Below, piece after piece: positions 21,368 to 29,597 of a stretch of DNA of 64,000 bases. Source of the stretch: an uncultured Gammaproteobacteria bacterium (GTDB lineage: Bacteria; Patescibacteriota; Patescibacteriia; Magasanikbacterales; UBA922); NCBI GenBank assembly GCA_964522405.1, contig CAZFTR010000002.1:72032-136031 (forward strand), in the 5' to 3' direction. The notes under the pieces were generated by a model, which saw only the letters and a list, made by a program, of their open reading frames with translations, had not been told where the DNA came from and made no database searches. How positions within the stretch are numbered: position 1 is the stretch's first letter; every line of letters begins with the position of its first letter. Both the position numbers and the translations under genes were made by a program.

Positions 21368-23149
21368 ATGAAATATCGTCGCAATAGATCAAAAAATCTA
21401 TCCAAATTTGAGATGGAAGAAATTGATCCTAGACTACGTGCCACTTCAATTATAATTATTATTGGCGCGTTTTTAATCATAGCCAGACTCTTTGTTCTTA
21501 TGGTTCTTCAGCATGGTTTTTATACTGCTTTGGCTCAGGGATCACACACCATGTATTCAAAATTATTTCCAGAAAGAGGAAATATATATGTGCAGGATTC
21601 ACGCACAGGAGATCAATTTCCAGTGGCTATTAACAAGGATATGTTTTTGATGTATGCCGATACTAGAGAGATTGATTCAGATGATCAGGCAGATAAGATT
21701 GCCACTGAACTTGGTCAAGTATTAGAGTATGATGATCAGCAAAAATTAGCATTGTATTTGCAATTAAACAAAAGAGATGATCCTTATGAGCCTTTGCTTG
21801 ATAATATGGAAGAGGATACTGTGGATATTATAAAAGCTTTGGATTTGGATGGTATTTTATTTACTAGAAATCAAGATCGATTTTATCCAGAATCAAATCT
21901 GGCATCTCATGTAATAGGTTTTTTAGGAAAAAATCAAGAGGGAGATAATGTTGGACGCTATGGAATTGAGGGTTATTGGGATGGTAAAATATCTGGACAG
22001 GGAGGATTTTTAGAGGGAGCCAGAAGTGCTAGGGGTAGATGGATACCTCTAGCTGGCAGGCTTTTTAAGCCGGCAGAAGATGGTGTGGATGTAAAATTAA
22101 CTATAGAGAGAACTGTGCAATTCAAATCATGCCAGATATTGCGTCAGGCTATGGAAGAATACGCTGCCACAAGCGCTTCTCTTTTGATTATCAATCCAAA
22201 AAATGGGGCAATTTTAGCGCTTTGTTCATTGCCGGACTTTGACTTGAACAATTATGGAGAAGTTGAAGATTCATATATTTACAATAATTCAGCAATTTTT
22301 ACGCCTTATGAGCCTGGTTCAATTTTTAAACCAATTGCTGCCGCAGCAGCGCTAAACGAAGAAGCAATAACACCACAAACTTCTTTTTATGACACAGGTT
22401 CGCGAACAGATATTTGTGATACGCCAATCAGAAATGCCAGCCAAAAAGTTTACAAAGATACAGACATGATTGGAGTAATGGAAAACTCTATAAATACAGG
22501 AATGGTTTACGTGGTAGAGGAATTAGGAAAAAATCTTTTTAGAGATTATGTTGAAAATTTTGGATTTGGGACTAAAACCGGAATTGAATTGGATACTGAA
22601 GTTTCAGGAACAATTGACTCATTGTTTATTAACAAAAAAGATCGATTGGATTGCTATACTGCCACAGCTTCATTTGGACAGGGAATTACAGTTACTCCAT
22701 TACAAATGGCAGTAGCATATTCAGCAATTGCTAATGGAGGAAAATTGGTTAAACCTTATATAGTTGAAGAACTTCGCTTTCCAAACAAGCAAGTAGAAAA
22801 AACCAGACCAAAAGAAGTTAGGCAGGTTATTACCAAGAGAGCAGCTTCACTTTTATCAGGTATGTTAGTCAAGGTTGTAGATTCAGGGCATGCCGGTAGT
22901 GCAGGTGTAGAAGGTTTTTATGTTGCCGGAAAAACCGGAACAGCTCAGATCTCAGGTCGAGGAGGGTATACAGAAGATACTAATCATTCATTTGTTGGTT
23001 TTGCTCCGGTTGATGATCCAAAATTTGTAGCCATAGTTAAATTTGAAAAACCTGAGAGAAAGTTTTCAGCAAGTACTGCAGCGCCAACTTTTGGAAAAAT
23101 TGCTAAATTTATACTAGATTATTACCAAGTAGCTCCGGGAAGAGATTGA
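21368..23149 (+). CDS. Class B penicillin-binding protein (FtsI/PBP2 family)
   Basis: N-terminal TM, RGNIY, EPGSIFK (SxxK), SIN (SxN), KTGT. Confidence 0.92.
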   Translation: MKYRRNRSKNLSKFEMEEIDPRLRATSIIIIIGAFLIIARLFVLMVLQHGFYTALAQGSHTMYSKLFPERGNIYVQDSRTGDQFPVAINKDMFLMYADTREIDSDDQADKIATELGQVLEYDDQQKLALYLQLNKRDDPYEPLLDNMEEDTVDIIKALDLDGILFTRNQDRFYPESNLASHVIGFLGKNQEGDNVGRYGIEGYWDGKISGQGGFLEGARSARGRWIPLAGRLFKPAEDGVDVKLTIERTVQFKSCQILRQAMEEYAATSASLLIINPKNGAILALCSLPDFDLNNYGEVEDSYIYNNSAIFTPYEPGSIFKPIAAAAALNEEAITPQTSFYDTGSRTDICDTPIRNASQKVYKDTDMIGVMENSINTGMVYVVEELGKNLFRDYVENFGFGTKTGIELDTEVSGTIDSLFINKKDRLDCYTATASFGQGITVTPLQMAVAYSAIANGGKLVKPYIVEELRFPNKQVEKTRPKEVRQVITKRAASLLSGMLVKVVDSGHAGSAGVEGFYVAGKTGTAQISGRGGYTEDTNHSFVGFAPVDDPKFVAIVKFEKPERKFSASTAAPTFGKIAKFILDYYQVAPGRD

Positions 23150-23202
23150 GTTTACTATTGACTGAGAGCTTAAATTGCTGTATACTCTTGAAACTAGTAC
23201 AC

Positions 23203-23274
23203 GCCGCCATCGTCTAGTGGTTAGGACGCCGGGTTCTCATCCCGGTAACCGGGGTTCGATTCCCCGTGGCGGTA
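23203..23274 (+). tRNA. tRNA-Glu(CTC)
   Basis: Cloverleaf, anticodon arm ccggg-ttctcat-cccgg, GGTTCGATTCC T arm. Confidence 0.93.
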
Positions 23275-23282
23275 CAAATGAA

Positions 23283-23356
23283 GTCAGGGTAGCTCAGCTG
23301 GTTAGAGCGTCGGATTCATAACCCGGAGGTCGGGAGTTCAAGTCTCCCCCCTGACA
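23283..23356 (+). tRNA. tRNA-Met(CAT), elongator type (Ile2 not excluded)
   Basis: gtcaggg/ccctgac acceptor with paired 1-72, TAGCTCAG, anticodon loop ttcataa. Confidence 0.9.
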
Positions 23357-23361
23357 CAATG

Positions 23362-23393
23362 ACAAAAGAAAAGCCATTTGGCTTTTCTTTTGT
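23362..23393. terminator. Intrinsic terminator after the tRNA pair
   Basis: acaaaagaaaagcc-attt-ggcttttcttttgt perfect hairpin. Confidence 0.8.
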
Positions 23394-23466
23394 TTGACAC
23401 TATATAATTACTTTGTTAAGTTAAATTTAGGTATAAATCCCAGTCTATGGGAAAGGGGACAGCGTA

Positions 23467-24171
23467 GTGAAGACGCTTTGCAGCGTTTTTTTGCTTGCTG
23501 CTCTTTTGGTGGCTCTTGCTTGTCACTGGCTGATCGGGGTTCTAACCCCCGAGAAGCCCAGTGAGTCAATTCAGGAGGTCTTTTCAGGACTTGTTCAGCT
23601 CGATGAACAGGAACGAGAAGAGATCCTTTGGGTTGAGAGTGAGCCTGAAGAAGGGCGCCGGCAGATCAAGCCTGCCCTAACCATCCTGCTTTCAAGATCA
23701 GACGTGCAAATGTACGTTGATCAGGAAATTGACGAGTACCAACTCGTCTCTCGAGGTACTCTGTCTGTCACGGTGCGAAATATCACTGTGGCACTGCGCA
23801 ATTCTTGGGCTGTGTTTGACACCCGGGTTTTGGTGCAATTCAATGGCAAAATGTACACTAGCAGAATAGTTTTGAGGTTGGCTGAAATCAACTACGAACG
23901 GGAAAGCCGAGCAATCTATGTGGGCAAGTTCAAGATCGATCATATCAAGACACCGGCAGCGCCTTACTTCGTTGCCGAACTTCTGAGATGGCCGCTCAGT
24001 GAACTGATCACCTGGACTATCTCGAATCGTCCACTCCACTACCTGACTGAAGATGACTTGTCTGACTTGCCGGTCAAAGGTGTTTGGCCTTCGGCGATTT
24101 GGTTGGAAGATGACAAGGTAGTCGTCGGTTTGGGTGTTGCAGACGACGTCGTGAGCTCAGGCTCTCCGTAA
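23467..24171 (+). CDS. Hypothetical membrane-anchored protein (GC-richer islet)
   Basis: 234-aa ORF; own TTGACA(23394)-17-TAAGTT promoter; AAGGGGA SD before GTG; N-terminal hydrophobic segment. Confidence 0.65.
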   Translation: MKTLCSVFLLAALLVALACHWLIGVLTPEKPSESIQEVFSGLVQLDEQEREEILWVESEPEEGRRQIKPALTILLSRSDVQMYVDQEIDEYQLVSRGTLSVTVRNITVALRNSWAVFDTRVLVQFNGKMYTSRIVLRLAEINYERESRAIYVGKFKIDHIKTPAAPYFVAELLRWPLSELITWTISNRPLHYLTEDDLSDLPVKGVWPSAIWLEDDKVVVGLGVADDVVSSGSP

Positions 24172-24214
24172 CCGTCGCAGTCTTGGAGGAACAGTGACGG
24201 TCATGCATCAATAA

Positions 24215-24242
24215 AACTCAGCCCCTTATAAGGGGCTGAGTT
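24215..24242. terminator. Bidirectional terminator between the islet ORF and hup
   Basis: aactcagcccct-tata-aggggctgagtt. Confidence 0.8.
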
Positions 24243-24262
24243 AATTTATATTTAGTTTATCA

Positions 24263-24625
24263 TTAAAATTGAGAAGTTGTTTCTTCCTCTTCAGAATCAT
24301 CTGCAGGCGGGGGAGTTGGAGTAGGTACAGCTGCTGGAGTTGGCTTTGCACCTTTCAGTGCATCTTTTAATCCTTTTCCTGCTTTGAACTTTGGAACAGT
24401 TACAGGCGGGATTTGAATTTTTTCTGTGGGATTTTGTGGATTAACTCCTACACGTCCTGCTCTGGTTTTGGCACTAAAAGCTCCAAAACCGGCAATGTTT
24501 ACACTTCCATCAGCTTGAAGTGTGGTTGTAACTATCTCTACAAATGCCTCAATCATTGATTCTGCTTCTTTTTTTGAGACTCCTGCTTTGTCTGCTATTG
24601 CTTGACTCAATGCTGCTTTGTTCAT
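24263..24625 (-). CDS. hup: HU DNA-binding protein with Pro/acidic tail
   Basis: MNKAAL..., GFGAF, RAGRVGVNPQ, PKFKAGKGLKD. Confidence 0.95.
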   Translation of the reverse strand: MNKAALSQAIADKAGVSKKEAESMIEAFVEIVTTTLQADGSVNIAGFGAFSAKTRAGRVGVNPQNPTEKIQIPPVTVPKFKAGKGLKDALKGAKPTPAAVPTPTPPPADDSEEEETTSQF

Positions 24626-24798
24626 AATATACCTCATTAGTTCCTCCAGGCGCTTGACCCTTTGGAAGTTAGATTACTAATTACAAGTATTGTATCTTAT
24701 GTTAATATTTGCGTCAATAGAGCAAAAAAAACCTTTGTGGAAAATTAGCAAAATACTCTCTAGGTTTAATTAATAAAAAATGGCCAGAAGGCCATTTT

Positions 24799-26331
24799 TT
24801 ATTTTGCGTATTCTATAGCTCGATTTTCTCTAATTACGTTAACCCTGATTTCCCCGGGATAGGTCAGCTCATTTTCGATTTTTCGGGCAATATCTTTTGC
24901 CAAATTGTAAGCATCATAATCATCAATATCATTTGGATTAACAAATACTCTAACTTCGCGTCCAGCTTGGATAGCATAAACTTTGTCAATTCCAGGAAAA
25001 TCACTGGCTGTTTTCTCAAGCTCTTCAAGTCGCATCACATACTGTTCGTATGTATCACGTCTTGCACCGGTTCTTGAGGCTGAAATTGCGTCAGCAGCCA
25101 TAACCAGCTTTGTCAGAAGAAGTGGTGGATTGGTCTCATGATGAGTTAGGGCTACTTCTGCAATATCCTCAGAAAGTCCAAATTTATTTAGAATTTTATG
25201 ACCCACTTCAGGATGTCCACCTTGAGTTTCATGATCAATAGATTTACCAATATCATGGAAAAATCCAGCTTTTTTGGCAAGAGCCGGATCAACTCCAAGT
25301 TCTTGAGCCATAAGAGCAGAAAGATGTCCAACCTCTATGCTGTGGTTCAAAACATTTTGTCCATAACTGGTTCTGTACTTAAGTCGACCAACAATTGAAA
25401 CTAATTTTGGATCAATTCCTGTTATACCCATCTCATAAAGAGCTTCTTCTCCAGCTTTTCTAAGATCTAGTGCTAGTTCTCTTTTTGCTTCTTCAATAAA
25501 TTCTTCGATTTTTGCCGGTTGAATTCTGCCATCTTTTATAAGTTTTTCTAGGGCAAGCTGACAAACACGTCGTCTAATTGGAGAGAATCCTGAGATGATA
25601 AGCATGCCAGGAGAATCATCAATTATTAATTCACAGCCGGTTAATTTCTCAATAGTCTTAATATTTCTTCCATCTTTTCCAATTATACGACCTTTCATTT
25701 CATCACTTGGTAGATTTACTACAGTTCCAGTGTTTTCGTTAGCATGGTTTGCTGCACATCTTTGCATGCTATCAATAATTATTCGTCTGCCTTTTTCTTC
25801 ATAAAACTCAGTATTTTCTTTTTCAATTTTCATCAATCTTGATTGAAGAGCATTTTTACTGTCATCTTCAACTCGATCAATTAGAATTTCCAATGCCTGT
25901 TCTTTGTCATATCCTGAAATTTTTTGAAGTTTATCTTTTGCTTCTTCGTGCATTTCATCTACTCTTCCTTTAATTTTTCTTACTTCGTCTGCTTTTTTCT
26001 CTAGTTTTGTTCTGGTTTCTTCTACTTCTGTAATTTTTTTATCAAACATTTCTTCGCGTTTTTCAAGTCTGGCTTGAGAATTTTTGATTTCCTGTCTTCT
26101 TTGACTTTCTTCTTTTTTTGCATCATCAATAAGTTTGATAGCTTTTTCTTTTGCCTTTAAAAGAAGTTCCTTTTCTTGGTTTTTGGCTTCCATTATTTTT
26201 TTCTCTGCCAAAGCTTCAGCAGAATTTGCTTTTGCTTGTGCAAGTTGTTTGCGTACTGCATATCCAATGGCAATACCAAGAATTCCACCAAGAAGGGCAG
26301 CAAGTACAGCATAAATTAGTGTTAATTGCAT
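24799..26331 (-). CDS. rny: Ribonuclease Y
   Basis: N-terminal TM, coiled coil, KH (KGRIIGKDGRNI), HD domain (FHDIGK), AIQAGREVRV. Confidence 0.96.
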   Translation of the reverse strand: MQLTLIYAVLAALLGGILGIAIGYAVRKQLAQAKANSAEALAEKKIMEAKNQEKELLLKAKEKAIKLIDDAKKEESQRRQEIKNSQARLEKREEMFDKKITEVEETRTKLEKKADEVRKIKGRVDEMHEEAKDKLQKISGYDKEQALEILIDRVEDDSKNALQSRLMKIEKENTEFYEEKGRRIIIDSMQRCAANHANENTGTVVNLPSDEMKGRIIGKDGRNIKTIEKLTGCELIIDDSPGMLIISGFSPIRRRVCQLALEKLIKDGRIQPAKIEEFIEEAKRELALDLRKAGEEALYEMGITGIDPKLVSIVGRLKYRTSYGQNVLNHSIEVGHLSALMAQELGVDPALAKKAGFFHDIGKSIDHETQGGHPEVGHKILNKFGLSEDIAEVALTHHETNPPLLLTKLVMAADAISASRTGARRDTYEQYVMRLEELEKTASDFPGIDKVYAIQAGREVRVFVNPNDIDDYDAYNLAKDIARKIENELTYPGEIRVNVIRENRAIEYAK

Positions 26332-26347
26332 ATAAAAAATTTCTCAG

Positions 26348-26552
26348 TAACGTGAGATTTTCAAAATCTTTTTGTACGAAGAGAAAACCCAAAAAAGGGC
26401 TTATTAAGCGTCTTGTCTAATGCTAGACAAAGAGATAGAAGTTCCTAAGTCTGAAATTTGACTTATTTTTAACATATCTATAGTAATATTTACGATTGTC
26501 TTTCTGGTCTAATACGCTAGATTCGCATTCAAAGATTCTTTTCTTCACGTTA
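26348..26552 (-). ncRNA. Structured RNA upstream of rny, candidate 6S RNA or rny leader
   Basis: Closing helices taacgtga/tcacgtta and aatcttt/aaagatt about 205 nt apart; TTGACA-17-TAGTAT promoter just upstream. Confidence 0.4.
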
Positions 26553-26758
26553 AGTTTAATTAAATCGTGAGTTTATACTATCAGAAAAGAGGTCTTTTGT
26601 CAATCATGCCAGATATTTGCTAAAATTAGCTATTTTGAGATAGTTTTAATATAGAAAAGAGCTGTGGATAATTAAAAAGACCGCTTTTAGGGGTCTGGAT
26701 ATTTTGGTTTTCGGAGCCACTGCGCACGCCGGGTAGGCGAACGCAGCAGTACCATGGA

Positions 26759-26983
26759 TCAGATCTCGATCTCCGGAATCGCCCTGTTGTGGCGGTCCGG
26801 CGGGTCGAAGGGCTCGTAGGCCGGCAGCTGGGTCGGCCTCAGCGAGGTCTGTCCTTCTTCTCCCTCGTCGTCCTCCTCTTCGTCAGTGTAGTGGCGCACC
26901 GGCTCTTCCGCAGGACGGTCAAGCCGACGAGTGTCATCACATGGGCCCGGTTCTGGTGGGCTCGGGTGATCCTCTTTGGGCAT
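26759..26983 (-). CDS. Small acidic/Pro-rich orphan protein (GC-rich islet)
   Basis: TTGACA-17-TATCTT promoter (27043-27015), AGAGGAG SD, G/C-ending codons, downstream hairpin and terminator. Confidence 0.65.
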   Translation of the reverse strand: MPKEDHPSPPEPGPCDDTRRLDRPAEEPVRHYTDEEEDDEGEEGQTSLRPTQLPAYEPFDPPDRHNRAIPEIEI

Positions 26984-27089
26984 ATCTGAACTCCTCTAGA
27001 CAATTCTATTATTGAAGATAGTATTTTTTATAGGTTTTGTCAATAAAAAAGAGCTGATTAAAGCTCTTTTGATAAGTTTTCCAAGAAAA

Positions 27090-27791
27090 TTATTTTATTA
27101 AAAAAGAAAAATCTTGATAATTATTTGAAGTTATTTTTTTGGGAGGTTGTGCATCTTCAACTTGGTATTTACCAATCTCAGTTCTTCTCAGTTCTTTGCA
27201 ATAGGCTCCGGTTTTAAGTTTTTGCCCAATGTCATGCGCAAGAGTTCTTATATATGTGCCTGTGCCACATTTTACTTCCAGTTTTAGATTGGGATAATTA
27301 TATTCAAGTAATTTAATATCATGAATTGTAATTTCAGATGGTTTACGTTCAACCTCTATTCCTTTTCTGGCAAGTTCATAAAGTTTTTTACCTTTTATTT
27401 TCTTGGCTGAAAACATCGGTGGTATTTGTTCTTGTGCTCCGATAAAATCCTCTAGAATTTCAAGTATCCTTTCTCGCGTTGGTTCAATTATTTCACCTGC
27501 TGTTTTTTTGATATTTCCAGTTAGATCATAGGTTTCAGTTGTTGCTCCAAGTTCAATTTCTACTGTATAGGTTTTATCTTGATTTTTAAATTGATCAATT
27601 CGTTTTGTAGCTTGTCTTCCAACCGCAACTATAAGAAGCCCGGTGGCAAAGGGGTCTAGAGTCCCGGCATGACCTATTTTTTTGATTTTTAGGACACTAC
27701 GAAGATAAGCCACAATATCATGACTGGTCCAGTCAACTGGTTTATCAATTAGCAGAAAAAATGACTCAATTGTTTTTATTTCTTGTTCCAT
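27090..27791 (-). CDS. truB: tRNA pseudouridine(55) synthase
   Basis: IDKP..WTSHD, GHAGTLDPFATG, PPMFSAKK, GTYIRTLA; likely start MEQEIK. Confidence 0.95.
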   Translation of the reverse strand: MEQEIKTIESFFLLIDKPVDWTSHDIVAYLRSVLKIKKIGHAGTLDPFATGLLIVAVGRQATKRIDQFKNQDKTYTVEIELGATTETYDLTGNIKKTAGEIIEPTRERILEILEDFIGAQEQIPPMFSAKKIKGKKLYELARKGIEVERKPSEITIHDIKLLEYNYPNLKLEVKCGTGTYIRTLAHDIGQKLKTGAYCKELRRTEIGKYQVEDAQPPKKITSNNYQDFSFLIK

Positions 27792-27816
27792 TCTAATATG
27801 ATACAATAATACCAGT

Positions 27817-28481
27817 ATGAATAGCAAAAAACAGATAAAAAATCAAGCCTGGGGGTTTGTAGATTCAAAAGGAATAGAAGTTCCCAATACTAAGCCAATT
27901 TTTGAAGATAGTAAAAAAAATCAACTAAGATTATTTTTCCATCCCGGAAAATTTTTTTATATAATTACATTAAAAAAAATAAAAAAAACCAAAAGAAGGA
28001 TAGAAATTTTTATTCAGAGCCATTTCGTATTTTGGATTTTGGCTGCGGTTCAGGATCAGTCATTGTTGATTTCAAAAAAATGTTTGGCTCTGAATCAGAA
28101 ATTATTGGAATAGATACTTCTCAGTTGCAAATAGATATTTCCAAAAAGAAAATTAAAGAATATGGAGTAAATGCAGAATTAATTTCATATGATGGAAAAC
28201 AACTTCCTTTTAGTGATAATTCTTTTGATATTGTTCACGCTAATCAAGCCTTCAAGGAAGTTGACAATATTCCATATTGTCTTGATGAATTTTATCGAGT
28301 TTTGCGAGCAGGTGGGGCAGTGACAATTTATACTGATTCCAACAAGCACATTGATAAATTATTAAAGGATTCAGGTTTTAAGATTGAAAAGAAGTATTGT
28401 ATTCCACAAAAATTGGCCTGGCTATTTGGTAGAAGTTGTGTTATATTGGCAAAATCAAAAAAAGTACTCATAGAATGTTGA
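27817..28481 (+). pseudogene. Class I SAM-dependent methyltransferase split by a one-base frameshift
   Basis: ORF 27817 joins the ILDFGCGSG...LPFSDNSFD...EFYRVL frame if one base is added in the T7 run at 27952 or a nearby A run. Confidence 0.65.
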
Positions 28482-28511
28482 TTTTTAGGATAGAAAATTA
28501 GTATTTAAAAT

Positions 28512-29033
28512 ATGCATATTCCGTCATTAGAAGAATTAGACAATATCAGAAAAAGCGGTTTTAGGCCACAGGTTGTTGGTTGTTTTTTGAATGAAAAAAA
28601 TATTTTATTTGTTTTTAAAAAAGATTATGATCTTTGGCAGTTGCCGCAGGGTGGGATAGATAATCAAGAAATATTAGAGCGAGCAGTTGTTCGAGAAATG
28701 ACAGAAGAATTAGGAGATAATTTTGTGGAAGCTTCAAGTAAGCAAATAGAAATTATTGGAGAAAACAAAGTTGAGTTTCCTTCGAGTACTCAAAATAAGA
28801 GGGACTTAAAGACAGATGATGGTGAAGATGTATTTATGAAAGGAAAAAAATATTTTTTTACCGCTGTAAATACAGAAAATACAGAATTAGATATTTCTGA
28901 AACAGAGTTTGATGATTATAAGTGGGTTAGCTATGAACAGGCAATTAAATTGTCTGATAAAATTTATCAAAAAGGTAAAAAGAGAATTACTTTGGATACC
29001 TTGGAGAAATTGAAGAAAAGAAAATTATTATAG
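28512..29033 (+). CDS. Nudix hydrolase (RppH-like)
   Basis: FRPQV, WQLPQGGID...VVREMTEELG, EFDDYKW. Confidence 0.85.
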   Translation: MHIPSLEELDNIRKSGFRPQVVGCFLNEKNILFVFKKDYDLWQLPQGGIDNQEILERAVVREMTEELGDNFVEASSKQIEIIGENKVEFPSSTQNKRDLKTDDGEDVFMKGKKYFFTAVNTENTELDISETEFDDYKWVSYEQAIKLSDKIYQKGKKRITLDTLEKLKKRKLL

Positions 29034-29232
29034 GTTTTGTATAGTTTAGATTTTTTTAATGAAAATGTTGACACTAACGTACTAAATTGGTATATTTAGG
29101 TCAAAGGATGGATTGGTTGAATAATCGGCCAAATACAGCTTGCTACAAAAAATCCAGATTTCTGGGTTTTTTTGTTTAGCGTTTAAGATAAATTTAATAC
29201 TATTTTTGATAAAGTTATTAATGGTGGACTTG

Positions 29233-29311
29233 GGGCCGGTAATTTAATCGGTTAAAATCCAGCCTTTAGCAAGCTATAATCCGGGTTCAAATCCCGGTCG
29301 GTCCACTACCA
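29233..29311 (+). tRNA. Aberrant tRNA-Ala-like gene (G3-U70 acceptor, malformed anticodon arm)
   Basis: gggccgg/tcggtcc-A acceptor, attt/aaat D stem, ccggg-ttcaaat-cccgg T arm; anticodon arm has only agc/gct around ctttagcaa. Confidence 0.6.
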
Positions 29312-29351
29312 AAGACACTCTATTCTCAGGGTGTTTTTTGTACCCACCCCC

Positions 29352-29540
29352 TTGCCAAATAACTAAAATTTGTTATAATGGCTCTGTCTTCAAATACCAT
29401 TTTGGCTGAATTTACCATTTTTTCATTAAAATCTTTTCAAATTTTTTTAGCTTAACAAAGGTTAAGCCGCAAAAATTGTTCAAAGATTTTAATTGAAAAA
29501 AATGAAAAATTCATCTCAAAAGCGTATTTAAAGACAGCGC
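29352..29540 (+). promoter_or_regulatory. hppA promoter and ~155-nt rod-like hairpin leader
   Basis: TTGCCA-16-TATAAT; ctgtctt/aagacag, ttaaaatcttt/aaagattttaa, gcttaac-aaag-gttaagc. Confidence 0.6.
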
Positions 29541-29597
29541 CATATCGCTATCTTTAAAAAAGACAAATTTTTAATTTATATACTTAACTCAAACGTT

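Noticed and set aside
29233-29305. Calling the odd tRNA Leu(TAG) or a stop-codon suppressor
   Set aside because: No long variable arm, C at position 37, mispaired anticodon stem, and an Ala-type acceptor; genes here end normally at TAA/TAG/TGA
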